From Takakia lepidozioides (taxonomy: Eukaryota; Plantae; Bryophyta), in assembly GCA_030704615.1 (NCBI GenBank), contig CM060731.1:17298001-17362000 (forward strand): 64,000 nt of DNA. Direction: 5' to 3'. The translations under genes were made by a program, and so were the position numbers. The notes below the pieces were generated by a model. It searched no databases, was not told where the DNA came from, and saw only the letters and a program-made list of their open reading frames with translations. Positions 38,601-52,575 of this stretch are shown one piece after another; within the stretch, counting starts at the first letter, position 1; every line of letters starts with the position of its first letter.

Positions 38601-39167
38601 CTAAAAATGTCATAAGCATTTCCTTCCTCATAAACACACCCACTGCAACAAAACATCCTATGAAATCCATATGGAAAATAGAAATCCAACCAAAACCAAT
38701 TGGAACACATTCCAGATATGTCTCATGCCCCCCAGTCAAGAGCGCCAGCTATGCTATTGCTTCACACCTGAAACAAACCAGCCTGCAACAATTTCTCAGA
38801 TAATTGCTAACCTTGCAACAGAAGCCTGGACAGTGCATTGTGAAATGTCCTCAGCTGGAACAAGTGGCCACATCCATGCCCTAAACTTGGTCCAAGCCTC
38901 CTTCAACATCGGATAAGCAGACACAGCAGTCATTGCCAGCCAGAAGCGACGAGCTCCAAATCCAGGGGGAGTCCCCCATACAAGACGAGGTCTGCTCCTC
39001 AACCCAAGTACGAAAAAACTCACCCACCTGGGTTTCCAGGACCAACCCACAATCAAGCCAACGGTGATGGCTAGCCAGATTGGTACCAGACACATCATTA
39101 CTTCTGCCGCAGTCTCCGTAACTGCAGGCTTTCCCCATATGGAGTAATTCAACTTGCTTGTCTCCAT
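35643..39167 (-). CDS. START (lipid-binding) domain protein with N- and C-terminal hydrophobic segments
   Basis: Spliced. Motifs PIWLAITVGLIVGWSWKPRW, PPGFGARRFWLA, WQLMMDRST..YQAWRREP, GPTEYRSRTVLED..RDFFADDEFR..WDDML, YPFFCKDREYIIGRRIW, RRVDVFFSSWRI, ACEVLLFHHEEMGIQRDLAKLGVRQGMW. An upstream exon or start cannot be excluded. Confidence 0.92.
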
Positions 39168-41604
39168 GTCTGCAACTTCGAGCTGGTTACGGGGCGACTC
39201 TGCCAAGAGGACGGAATCGTCTGAATTTCTTTGGAACAGAAATCTGTGAAGCAAACGAAAGGAAATGATAAAGTGAAACAAACATGGGCTTACTGCAAAA
39301 TCTTAACTGTGAATCTATTCTAGTAACTTGCCCAGCTCCAGCTCTGTTACCTCTGGCAACCCTGAATTGAATCCAGGAAAACCCCAATATCTCTGCCAAC
39401 CTCGACTCTACTAATTCCAATTTCCGTTTGACCGCAAAGTGTCCTAACCGCACTCCTAGCAGCTGCAATAGGAGGCGGCATCCACAAACCCCCCCCTCGA
39501 GGCAATTCCTTCATTTCGGAGCTATGAATTTGGTAGGGCTACCCTAGAGAAATGTATGCGAAAGAGATAGCTAGATCTGCGGCAGTCTAGAGGTGCAGTG
39601 ACTAACCCAGCCTGACCACCAGTTAGCAACCGCCTGAACCTGGACAGGTTGCACCAGCCTAGCCACTCGTATTTTGCCACCTGCTAACCTTCCACAACAG
39701 ATTGCCGCCAACAGCTGCAAAGCTTCCTACGCACAAATTTCCTGGATAGCGCTCAGTGAGACAGAAGTGGCGTGAAGAAATCTGCGAGCACCAACCCGGA
39801 ACCTCGACTCGGAAAATCGGCCCAAAAACTACCGCTGTTGTGTCTCCCTCTCAAACCCTTCCAATGGAAGTTCCGCGTTCAGACTTCAGACCCAAATCTG
39901 TCCTACTCTTCTTTCGAAGTAGTAATATCGTCCGACTGCTCTAAACAAATAAAAAAATAAAAGGATGCGCTCCTTATTGCGAATCAATCTCTTTTCGCCG
40001 AGCACCGGAACAAGATAGATCAGGACATAATCTGTACGAGCTCAACAATCCAACTTGCTGCTCTCCTTAAAATCCCGGAAGACGATACGATTGCCCGCGT
40101 CTCCCACTTCCAAAAACCTGCAATCCGTGTGCCCTCCCTCCCTCCCTTGCGCAACTGGAGCTCGCAAGATTGCCCAACGCCTCCAGCAACGTGGTCAAAA
40201 CAAACCCCCAAATCTCAAACCCACTAAGATTTCCGCCCACACAGCATCACCGACGACACAATGGCGGTTACACCATATCCCAGCGCCCTCTGCGCCAGGT
40301 CAATGCAGATCCCGGGAGCTTTAAGGGGCTACAGATAGTTCCCGCAAGCCCCCACGTCATTGGATGTTTGCAGAGGCCGATAGCTCAACCAAATGCTATC
40401 GCCGCGAGGTCGGCTGCTTCCTGCGATTGGGAGAGAAGGCGACGACAACATCGAGAGCACGCCATGGCAGCAAGACCCTGGCATGACGCCACGCTCCTCG
40501 CCTCTCGGCCGTCGTGGCGCCTCCTCACTTGGCGGCGCTCCCTCTCTTGGATATGTTCTCCCTCCCTTCCCCACTTATCCCACTTCTTACACTTCACACA
40601 ACCTCCATGCAGGTAAGTGGTTTGGTGAAAAGTGGCTAGTGTTTTACCTCATCTCTTTGAGTCTGGAAACAACCTTTGTCAAGGTAGTTCGTGAAGGCAA
40701 CTTTGGACGTTCAACGACTCACACACTGACAGCTGGCCGTCATATCCATAGAATATATATATTGTATATATAGGTAGGATCTTTTCTTAATAACTTTTGT
40801 TTTTTGTTTTTTGGAAAAAGGGAATGGAAGCCCTTAATAACTACTTAAAACACGGAGACTCAGAATTGACTGTAAACTTAAAACGAAAAAATTAGGAATA
40901 ATGTAAGCACGCGTGCGTACTTTTGCAGGGCCCACTATCAAATCCTCCCCACCTCTTTCCTACCCGGGATTCACTGTCAAATATATTTGAATGCAAAGGG
41001 TACTAATGACAAATAGTCCAATGGTGATGGTACTCATGAGGTGCAGGGTTGGATTCTTAGAGGATGGGTGTTTCACCCGGTCTCTGGTCTCTACCAATTG
41101 GACTGACGCTCCATCCCGTGTCACTCTTGTGCCACTGTTTCGGTGTCACTCCGATGATATCACCCATGTTAGTCGGGACTCTCAGAAGAGGTGGGGAAGA
41201 TTTGACAAGATGGAAACCGGCTTACCATGCAGCGCACTCTTATATTAAGTTCTTACATTATTTCTATTTTCTCCATGTACCAATAATAATAATAATAATA
41301 ACCGTGCCATGAGGCATACAAAAAGGGATACCATCATAGTCCTACTATTGACTCATGCTGGAAGTGAGCGGTCAATCCCTTCCCAACATAGAATAATACT
41401 TGTTTGTTTCCTTCTTGGCAAAGAGGGGTAACGGCGACCCTAGGTGCCAAGGAATCAATAACCTTGGAAGATGCCTTCACATACCATGGGAGATGCCGTG
41501 ACGTCGGAGATGGCCTCTTGCCCAAGAAAGAGAGGCTAAATCAGACAACCGGTTCTGCATGAAACCATGTCTTGGTCACACGCTACCCAACCTCAACATA
41601 GTAA

Positions 41605-41957
41605 GCAATGCTTCTACCTTCTACAGATGCTAGCTTGACTGTTGAACCAATGCTTCTACCTTCTATATGGTAGCAGATTGACTGTTGAACCAATGCTTCT
41701 ACCCTTCTACAGATGGTAGCAGATTGACTGTTGAACCAATGCTTCTACCCTTCTACAGATGGTAGCAGATTGACTGTTGAACCAATGCTTCTACCCTTCT
41801 ACAGACGGTAGCAGATTGACTGTAGAACCAATGCTTCTACCTTCTACAGATGCTAGCAGATTCACTGTTGAACCAATGCTTCTACCCTTCTACAGATATT
41901 GCTAAGACTTAGCAGATTGACTGCAGATGGTAGCAGATTGACTGTTGAACCAATGCC
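41605..41957. repeat. Minisatellite, about 7 x 46 bp
   Basis: Unit GATTGACTGTTGAACCAATGCTTCTACCCTTCTACAGATGGTAGCA, with starts at 41676, 41722, 41768 and 41814. Confidence 0.95.
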
Positions 41958-44039
41958 GGAGCCGACACGGAATATACTGGACTGTAGGAGCAGTGATGGC
42001 AGGTACTACTAGGAGGCTGGCATGTCTCTTGTAGCAAATTTGGGAGTGGATGAAAAGTGGGGACTTATCCACTCCACAGCCTATGTTTACCTTGCACTGT
42101 GATTTTTGAGATAAGACTGTGACTCAATTGAGGCATACCATAGTTACTAACTGCAGTTAAGTATATACACATAGAAAATACCTACCCTGGTTATTGCAGG
42201 AGTATCGCCTATGAGTCTGGGGTTCAATCCTCAGTAGTTTCGTTGGGCCTGGGGTTCAGTTCAGTCTCCTGTATGCCTCATGAAAGGGGGTTATTTGTTA
42301 TTTCCCCCCCTTCTCGAAGTGAGCTGTTGCTCAGGTTTCCTTTCCCACCCCCCCCCTCCTTAAAAAAAAGCCAGGGTAAGAGGTCTATGTATATATATAT
42401 ATATATGAACGTCTTAGATATACTCAGCAAGCGCGCATTGATCCCCCCCTTGTAACTTCCAACCTTGTTTCAGGCAGTAACAATATTTTTACTTATATAT
42501 AGAAGAACACTAAGAATAATGTAAGAACTTAATGCACACTTGCAATTTCTGGGAGTCGGTGTCTGCGAGAAGACCCGCGGGTGCCATTCAGGGGGTGCCA
42601 TTCAGGGGAATAAGCGCCCTGAAACTACAAAGAGATTTTTCGACCGGTGCTTTCCGGGAGTGTAACTCCACTCAGGGTTACACAGCAGGGAGTGTAACTC
42701 TACTTGGTGTAACTCGTTCTTGGTTGCAAAATTTGACCGCATCCAAATTTGGCTAAGTATAAAATGGACTTAGAGGAGTTACACAAGATGGAGGGTGACA
42801 CTACCCGAGGTTACTCTAGTTATAATTACACAGACCCGGGTTCCACTGGCGGTTACACGAGCCACCCATTGCGAGTTGAACCCAATAACGAATCCAGGTA
42901 AGAGGTGGTGGGGAGTATTTGACAGGGGGGCTGCCGCAGGAGGCCATGCTGCCAGAACCCGGCGAAAGTATGCCTCCATTAAGTTCTTTCATTATTCCAA
43001 TGTTTGCCCTTACATATATATACAGTTGAGTATATCTATGTCAAACGCATTCTAATTTTCTTAGTCATAATGTGGTACTAGAGTCGCAGTCTTGTGCTAA
43101 ATGATGAAATGAGAGTTATAATGGATTAAGATGAAATGAATGGATGAATATATGGATGAAGTAAAAATTATCCAAGGCATTTTGAGAAATTGTCACATAT
43201 TAAGACAAAGAGGTCACAAAGGGGGGTTAGATTCCATATGACTGGTGCATCAAGGGGGTGGAGTTTGTTAGAGTACAGAACTGTTGGGAATTTTCCTTTG
43301 TGTTTTCAGTACACTCCAGATAAGAAGGAATCTTCCGATTCTGTAAGGTACGATCATGTCCATCTTCTTGTGGAAATAAGGCCTAAAGCACTGCCAAATT
43401 TTCTTTTTTGTATTTTCCGTTAAAAAGCAGAATTAATGGGGATGCAATCCACATCCACCGGCCATTAGATTTTTTTTTAGATTTTTTGGCATTTCTGTAC
43501 GTAGGGTAATGCCCCTCGTGTTGGGCATTCCTGGATTTTCAGGCCTTCCCCTGGGGCTACCGCCCTCAGCGTTAGGCCCTTAAATCTAGGAATGCCCTCC
43601 ACTCATGGCATTACCCTGTACATTATGTTTACTTAGAGGGAATTCCCCATTGGAGGGCGTATAACGGTGTGAGGGGAGTAGTCCTAGGGCGTAGCCTGAG
43701 GCACTACAACCCGAACACCAAGGTGGGGGACTTCCACAACATACATACCATTGTTGGTATGGTATGTACAAAAACCCGGGTATCAACCCAGTTATGTACC
43801 CGGGTTTGGAAGCCCCTACCATATGGTTCCAAAGGTTGGGTAGCGCATGAGCGTGCTCGCGTGAGCAGAAGACAAAATGCCCGAAAATTCATGAATATTC
43901 CCAAAAAGATGCTATGGCGAAACTAAAATTGGAAAATTTGTGCTAACAAGGACCAAATTGTGCGCACATGAACAGACTTGTGCTCACGTGAGCACAAGCC
44001 ACACATAGATGGGTTAGTCACCCTATCACCAAACACAAT

Positions 44040-44285
44040 ACATATTGTTTCGCCCACGAAACCATAAGATAATGACCTACGTAGCGATACTTGGAAATTT
44101 CGTCGACGAAATCCGCTATTTCATTGGCGAAACCCACTATTTTGCTGGCAAAATCCACTATTTCGCTGGAGAAACCCGATACCTTGATTTATTTCGTTAA
44201 CGAAACCCGCTGTTTGCCTTATTATATAAAAATTGTTCAACTATTGTTTGGTATTTGTGTGTTTTGGATGGTGTTGGTTATTGTG
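44040..44285. repeat. Dispersed repeat (copy at ~52890-53110), probably a transposon subterminal sequence
   Basis: TTTCGCCCACGAAACCATA.GATAATGACCTACG.AGCGATAC.TGGAAATTTCG..TTTTGGATGGTGTTGGTTATTGT is shared by both copies. Confidence 0.85.
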
Positions 44286-45361
44286 ACGTTGTTTTTCTCT
44301 AACGCGTTATTCTTTAGAATACCAAAGCTGTAGATATATGGAACTTGGAGCTTGTAGATATACATTATGGGTGATTTTGAGGTTTTATCCCGTTTTGAAA
44401 ACATATAGCTCTTGTGACCGCGGTTTAAAAACATAAAATCCCCATGACCGTGGGTTTGTGCTCACGTGCTACCAACCCCCCGGTTCCAGATAGGTCGGAA
44501 ATAACTTACCTGTAGGGTATGATTAGGGTTTTGGGGAGCGCGATACCCTAGGGGATTGGTCTCGGCTCATCAGTTGTTGATGTTGTTACTTGATTCGTCG
44601 CTGGAACTCAGTTGCTGGTATTGCCGATCCGGTATCAATGCGCGTAGCCTAGAGATGGCTATACACATATTGATTCCTTGGATTGCAGCCCACGAGATCA
44701 CGGGAGAGTGGTCTTTTCTAAAGTAATGAGCAGTGAGGTATTTGGTCCATAATGTTGTACCTCATTCTATAGTAAGCATGTGAATTTGCATGCTACAATT
44801 AGTGTGTGCTTCTTTCTGAAATGTATTTTTTGAAGTACTTTACCCGAAGTTGATTTCAGAGGTATCAAGGTTTTCATACCATTGTTGATACTAGGTCTGC
44901 AAATGTGAAATGCTGACATTCATTATTGGTACCCTACAAGTAGCAAAATCTGTTTTTTTTTTAAAATGTTGCATACCCTTGTTTGGGACATTTCTAAACT
45001 TCTATACTACCATGACCCTCCTGGTATCTCCAAAACACGATACCAGACCAGCACTGGTAAATACAAAGTTTTTTTTTCCCTGCTGTGGATGGCTGAGATC
45101 CCTAGAACTGAAATAAAAGAAATTAAATGACCCTATGTTGATGTCAGATTCAACAGAAAATTAATTAAATTTTGCAACCCTAATTAAAACTGTTCCCTCA
45201 TTAAAACTGCCGAAACCCTAGAACACAGAAATGAAGTGCGGGAACCTTGGGGCCAAACAATAATTATTTTGGCACGCAGGTGTCTAATCTGACAGCAACT
45301 ACGATTGTAGAGGAAAGATGAGAGGCATTCCGACAAATAAGGTCAAAGGGGAAGGAAAAAC

Positions 45362-45693
45362 CAGTGTTGGGCGGTTATTTAAATTTCTCTCTAATACCCG
45401 GCGGTTACCTATCCGGTGATATATACATATATGACTGGCGGAGGTGAGAAAATGAAGTAACCGGTCCCGTTTGGGACCGGCAGAGGTTAGGCATTCAACT
45501 AACCGAGCAGAGAACCTTTTAAAGAACCGCCCAACACCCGCGGTTATTTGATGAAACCGCCGGTTATTTGAGGTTTTTGCAAGTAATCACAACCGCAGGT
45601 TATATCTAGCCATAAAAAGGTTAGTAGTCTCCTAAAATTTGAAGCAACCGGAACCACCGGTTATGAAGAAAATAAAATAACCGCCCAACATTG
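45362..45693. mobile_element. hAT-like MITE, same TIR family as 30237-31011
   Basis: TIR CAGTGTTGGGCGGTTATTT / AAATAACCGCCCAACATTG; flanks GGAAAAAC / CAAAAAAC. Confidence 0.75.
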
Positions 45694-46987
45694 CAAAAAA
45701 CCAGTAGGTTGTTATGCAACGGAGCTGGACCATTCAACCTTTGGTTGTGATTTCACAATCCTGGAAGAATATCTCCTGGAAAACTGGCCACAAATCTTGG
45801 ATGAAAGGCGGTTGAAAGCAGGATGCAGAGGTATATGAACAAATAACAAACTTTATTATGATTTCAAGTGCTCCTCGAACCAAACAAGAGGGTGCCAGCT
45901 GGTAGCACTGGAACAGTTGTTCACTTCTAACTCTCGGAAGAAATGGAGGGAAAGTTTGCATGATGGTCCTGAGAGAACAGATATCAGAATACCGATAAAT
46001 TAGTACACAGTTACAATTGAGGCCACAATCCAAAAGCTGTTGGCAGACGCTCATTAGTTGAGCCTTCAGGTGTGACAGCCAACTTGGGTTGTCATCTGAG
46101 ACTCAACCGAACAGAGACATTCAACTATGGAAGTTTGGAAATTTAGGAGAACCCAAACTTTGCAGAACCTACGGGCACCTTCCCACTCTTGGCTTCTCAA
46201 ATTTGAAATTCGAGCTTTCCCCTGAATGCAATCATTCGTTAGAGTGGGTGTCTTGATCATTCTTATATTTGCCTTCCGCCATCATCTCCACAATGTTCAG
46301 ATCTGTTTCGGAATTTCATGAGCACTGACAGTGGACACAGAATGCACTGTGCAACTGCATGTATTTAGTGATTTAAAGTTCAACAATATAAGTCGAGGCT
46401 GTCTTGAGAACTTTGTGGTGTTACAGTAGGACAGTGAAGTGGGTGAAAGGAGCCTTGTGAGGTTAGGAGTGTTGGGTTCATGGACATCACGTGAACCACA
46501 TCATGCACAGCGCTGGAGAGAGGTTGGGTATTGATCAACGTTTCCACTCAGGACTGTCATCAATGTTCGAGCATGAAGCTGTTTCTATACTCTCTCCACC
46601 GGAGTACCACTGTAGCTCTATGGTGGAGGAAGTTGTTTCTATGCCTCAGGAAAGGGCAGTGTAGTGTAGACTATGTATAAATGGGTGCAACGGTAGAGCT
46701 ATCTGCACAGATTATTCCAGAGTGTACATGTCTTACAGATAGTTCTTGAGCAGCTGTTCAAACATTCTGGAGGATTCCACTCTGTAAGGACAAACGGCAG
46801 CTTGTGGGTGGCATCGCTGTAGTCGACCGCCCCTTGTGTTCAGGAGCGTAATTTCATGAGCATAAACAGTCCAATCTTGAGCAATATATGAAGTTGCAGA
46901 CCCACATGTAGGTCAGCAGCAGATGAGTAAATGGATCGCGCTGGTTTGGCGATCGCAGCTGAGCAGGGAGTGATGCTCGAGTAGAGA

Positions 46988-49738
46988 CTAGACCATTGCA
47001 TGGAAGAGGTTGACACCACAGCGGTGGCAGAGGAAGCGCTGAGGAATAGCATCCATGTCTGAAATACCACCGCAGCGAGTGTGTTGCCATATCTCACACA
47101 CATCGCATGCAATCATGCGCTCACCGTCGTCGTCTTTAGTTCCACATGGGCAATCTACTATCCAGCTGTCGATGCCACCCTCATAACGCCAGTCATGGCA
47201 TCGGTCGATTCCACTGCCCTCAACCAGAACATTTGACCCCGATTCAATAGCTCCAAACAGCAAATCTTCGTCGTCCCCCTCCAGATCAGGAATGGACTCC
47301 ACTGTGAAGTTCTGCATTATGTAGTAGGTTTCACGGAATGCTCTCTGTGCCTCCAGTTTCAAGTCCCTAACCGTCGCGTGGGGCGGTAGGACCACCAGTT
47401 CTGCCGGAGGACTAGGACGGTTGCGCGCTGGATCCTCGTCTTTCAGAACTACAGTGCACATCACCCTAAGCATCTCATCGTCATCCATATTCCAGTCATT
47501 GTTGGCAGACTTGCGAGTCACTTCTCCCCGATAGTCTTTGATGAATTGCTTAGTGTCCAAGATCATTTTGGCTGCAGTGGGAATTGCAGTGAGCACATTC
47601 TTGATACCTCGCCTTGCAGGTTTGTAATTTTCTAGCACATGCCTGTAGATGTACACAATGTCCTTCAGAACTTCGTTACGGCCAACCTCACAGGTAGCCT
47701 CTGGGTGGCCTCTGGAAGCTGCTCTGGCTGCTGCATGAGTCGAAAAAGATGTTGCATCCTCAAGACTGTACTCCAGTACTTTGGTGATAGGATTTACAGC
47801 TCTGCGCACTACATGGCCTCCCACAACCCGGTTTCCAAGAGATTTCAGGACAAAGTCCAGCAGCCCCGTATCACCAATGTAGACCCTGGCCGCGTCTCGA
47901 ACATCCTGTCTTGGCATCCACTGCTTCTCACAGCTCTTCAGAGCTTCGACGATCACTTGGGTTGCTAGATCTAACCGTTTGACGGACCATCTGCATGGCA
48001 AGTCTGCGGCCGCACTGTTGCTCACCGTCCCGGTTGAACCACTTTTCTTGTCGTACTCCTTCAAACCTTTTGACAAGCTCTTTGTAATTGGGTACATTGG
48101 CAACCTTACTTTGAGCTCCATCATGAAGCGGATCAAATCTCCTACCGTGTGCAGGGTCTGCCCGCTGATGCGCTGATACATGGCTATAATGGCAAGCACA
48201 TCTTGGTCAACACCCTCAAAGTGCTGTGCCATCACATTCAGTGGCATTTCCCGAATGGCTTCAATGGCTTTGATGTACATCTGCAGCGTGATGCCGAAGC
48301 TGCCGTGGCCAAATTTGTATCCCCACCTCCCGTACCAGGATTCACCGTAGGCAACAGCATGCAGGAGACGGAGCTCAAGAGAACATTTCTTTGCAACATC
48401 CTCTACACTCACCTTCCTGCGCAGCACAACGAGCGTTACATAAGATAAATTAACCAACCGCTTCTCCCCATAACTCACGAGTAAAATATATTTGCGATCT
48501 AAAGCAAGCTTAATAGGATCTGAAATTAGCTTGTCTGAAGTTAGAGGTTCCAGGATGCGTACGAAGAGGTTAGAAGGTACTATAAATTAAATTATGTTGA
48601 GATTTAAAATTAGATACATGGTCAGCTGTCCAGAGAGCATAGTGTTTCAGTTTCTCCCTTGCCCAAGACATGAACAGAGCAAGAGTTCATTTCATACATC
48701 TGGTTGGATACATATCATAATCTTGAACTCCATGGTCAAAGATGCCAACAGCGACCACAACATTATGTATACCTTGCCCTGAGCATTGCACAAATGCGGT
48801 CCCAAAGGTCCATAATCTCTCTCCCAGAAGCAAAGTTTGATCCCTTCTCCCTTCCGTTGATGCGCAGGAGGTGACCATAGCCATTGCAGTGAATAACTCC
48901 ATGAAGAAGGTGGCTCTGTGAGTCTAGGAAGCTTCCCAGTACAGCTTCTTCGCCACACGATGGACAGCTCATGAGGAACGCGGCTAGTATCGGATCCTTA
49001 CAATTTGGGCACACCCTTCCGCCCACCAATCCCACCAATCTCAGAGATCGATCGTTTTCTTCTGGAGCAGGGATTATGAAATGGTAACGTTTGTTGGACA
49101 CCGGGTGATGACTCCATCCTGTAACATCATCGCGCCACTTCAGTCCATAAGGTCAGCATCCCGACCTCAAACAAATCTACATGATCAGGCGACCTAAGTA
49201 CCATATAATTAAGCTTCTCGGAAGGCAGGCACTCAAGAACAGACCCACAAAGTTAAGGTGATCAGCTAGCTACATAAAATGTGTTATGAGTTCTCAGGAA
49301 CCCACTGAGCTGTGCTAAATATTCTTGGCACTCTAGGTAGCAAACGGTCACAAAAACCAGCGCAGCTGTTAAGCTCACTATGCATTAAGCCGGATCATGA
49401 ATATCTTAAATATGACAAAGCATTGAAAAAGAAAACCCACCAATACACCGGCACTGGTCACAATGAGGATGAAGAGAATCACGAACACCCTCCATGATAA
49501 CTAACAAGGAGATCCGGGAACCTTGCGTAGAGTCATCCTCGAGGGCAATGGACCACGCAGGCATGCCTTCGATATTGCAGATTTCAGACTCCGCACACTC
49601 TTCCAGAAATGCCTTCACATTGTCCCGAAAAGGTCCATCGTAGTCAGCGGGAAACCCTGGATCAGCGAAGTTTTGAAATGCAAACAGCCGCTCCCCCCTC
49701 TTTCTTTTCCTAATTGCTCGATCTCGTGGAACGAACAT
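46988..49738 (-). CDS. MS1: PHD-finger protein of the MALE STERILITY 1 / MMD1 family
   Basis: Three exons (~49738-49446, ~49118-48774, ~48420-46988). Motifs RKRKRGERLFAF, FRDN, CDQCRCIGWSHHPVSNKRYHFIIP, HLLHGVIHCNGYGHLLRING, WYGRWGYKF, VRDAARVYIGDTGLLDFVLK, and C-terminal PHD VDCPCGTKDDDGERMIACDVCEIWQHTRC. Orthology to MS1 versus MMD1 is not resolved. Confidence 0.9.
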
Positions 49739-52199
49739 TTCCGTCGACCGACCGTGACTACAAATTTTACTTGCCCTCACCGGCCAGTTATTACCAAGAA
49801 CAGCCGACACGGAACTGGTTCAAACTACTTAGTTACACTCGCACGGTTAGCTAAACAGCATTACACGCCGTATCCGGGCCAATTTGCTAGCGAGATTGAT
49901 CTCACATCTCTCCGCGGACATCTACCCCCTCGCGACACAAACACGACTACCGAGCAGCTAGTCTCGCTCATTTGATGCAGCTAATCGCGTTTATGCATCA
50001 AACCACGCGGCACTCTGCTTCTCACACAATGCCGCTAACAGCCAAGCTCAGTAAATATTCTCCCTCTCCTCCCCCGCACATGACAATGTGATGCAAACGC
50101 AGGCCTGCAAGCAGCAAGCCACGGGAGATCGCACAAGCGGGCAACTCACAATGGGGTGCTTAGCTGCGCGAGAGAGACGAGCAGCGAGCGTGCACTGCGA
50201 GGGAAGTGCAGGCAGCGGTGCCATGCAGGCAGCTGGCATCGCACGGTGCATATCACACAAGGCATGCGCCAACGCAATCGTGGCCGCACGCGGGCAGGCC
50301 TGCAACAGCCTCACGTTGACAGGGGCGCCACGGAATGATGGATCGCACCTCCTGTACCTTTGCCCCTCAATCATCATTCTATATTCAAATTGTTTCTGAT
50401 ACCTCATGTAAGAGGCCCTTTTCTCGTACTTTAAGTGACAATCAGCGACCGACAATGTCTGAGGTTGATTTGAGCCCGGGACCGACCCAGCGCCAGTCTG
50501 GACGAGGTTGGATGAAGAGCTCGTTGCCACATCCGCGACAAGGATGGGTTGACGGTTTCGATGGATGTGTTGGCGTGTCGAGGATGTACTGGGTTTGAGC
50601 CCGGGCTGGCTCCGAGGCTCGCGCTTTGCTTCGGAAGCACACATGGCACTGCCGGGGCAGATGGTTTCGTTCGAGTTTGGTTCGGATTCGGCTCTGGATG
50701 GGCTGCTGCAAGAAGGGTGAAGCTGCTGCTTCAATGGCAGTGAGGATTCTTGTGTTATAGGACGTGATTGCGGGCTTGGGGACGATCGAGTTTGAATCCT
50801 TCTGCTTCCTTTTTCATTCTTGTGGTGTTGCGATTATGACCTGCTTTCGTGCTGAATAGGATACATGTGAGAGTTGTTTGTGTTTCTTGAACTAAGATTT
50901 CTTGATCATCATACATGTATAACAATGGTACCTACTGTAAAACTGCTTTGTAGACTGATACACCATCAGAAGCCCGAGTGACTCTTCCTAGAGCTTGAGA
51001 ATTAATGAAACTTTTTTCTGTGAAATCATCTCTTCACTCGAAGCTTAAAAGCGAGCCGCTCTTTGACAGAAGTTGTTTTGAACACGCAGGTATTGAGCAT
51101 GCCGTACGTGAAGAGTGTGTTGCGTCTTCCGAGAATGCATCTGCGGCATACATGTCCAGATGCCGTCCTTGTTGTTGTAAATTACGTTGGTCCAGTGGTG
51201 TCAAGGAACGCCAAAAAGTTCTATCCAACTCAGCTATGTATTCACTTCTTGATTGTCGATTTCCTGGCTGTTTCTTCACGTTAGAACTACGCATCCAACA
51301 GGGTGTCCAGTCACATGCCCTATGCTTTCAAAGTTGTGCAGATCTACATTTGTTCTGTTCGTTTATAAAGAGAACGAGAAAGAGTAGGATGGCCCTGAAT
51401 TGAGGGAGCAAAGACAGGGTGAGTCGTAATTAGTGCGTAAAATCCAGGGCACGGGGTATGTAGGGACGTGCGGAGTCAGACCTCAACGACCTCGACAAGC
51501 TCCAGGCACTGGCAAGTAAGGTAGCATCTGCCCTATAAGCATTGGGCTGCTTGCAAAGCAGCAATGTCATGCCGAGGCACGGGCAGTTGCTCGCAGGGAT
51601 CTGTGTGTTGCTGTCCCTTTCTGACTAAACCTTTAGCGAATGACTGTGCTCGTCTGTGCTCTGAATGTTTTCCGAATTTTGGAGGTCGAAAACTCCTCGC
51701 ATTGTCCCCCATTGCCTAATTGTGAAGTCATAGATTACATGTTTGTGCACCCTTAAACTGCCAAAGTTTACATCTTGGAGTTGCTTTTGGTGGTTGAGTT
51801 GCTATGTAAATGGAAGTTCTGGGCGAAGATTTGGTCATCTTTCACGGGACAAACGTGGGAGTGCATGTACAAAATCGTAATCCGGTTGGTAGCTGATATG
51901 AAAATAGTGACCGGATATTGTTCGCTAATGAAATGATGTATTTCTCTCTGTGCATACTCACAGATGGTAGAGAGATTGGCCAGTGCACAATTGCAGATAG
52001 GCGCGGCAGCCAATTCTTCAGAAAAATGATTGCCTACAAGTGGTTACGTAACCAGTTTGTGTTCTTGCTGAGTATCGTTATATATAGTCCACCCGTGAAA
52101 TGTTGGAATTCAACCAAAAAAAAGGATGAAAGATGAAATGATTTAGTGAGAGCCCTCCACCCAACCATAAACACAACAATTAGTGTCCACCCAGATATG

Positions 52200-52575
52200 C
52201 AGGAGAGTGACTCCGCCGATTTTTACAATGGCACATCCAACGCACTTCTATTGGCTCCAAAGTGCAATATACTAGTGCTATCAAAGCCATAATATTTGTG
52301 AAGTGCTCAACAAAGATTGTTAGAGGCAGCACAATGACTCCTACTCCAACATTCGCAGGCTTGTTCCATCCATTTGGAGCTAGGGAATCAAGGAACCACA
52401 AATTTTGGTTCTACCCTAACAACTGTGTACGGTGTGTGCATGGGATAGTGCGATAGTCGGTAATTATGAAGTCACCACCACCAACAGTTTGGCTTATCAA
52501 GGTTGGAACGTGTTTGACTGCAGAAGAGATTGCCATGTTAGAGGATGTCGGGTTCAAATATCTTGGCAGATGTCC
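52200..52575 (+). mobile_element. Decayed transposase C-terminal fragment (Mutator-associated, inferred)
   Basis: TPTPTFAG..KFWFYPNNCVRCVHG..PTVWLIKVGTCLTAEEIAMLEDVGF, homologous to 57340-57510. Confidence 0.5.

Noticed and set aside
50048-50734. 228-aa ORF upstream of the MS1-like gene
   Set aside because: Non-ATG start, low-complexity composition and no domain; more likely promoter or 5' UTR.
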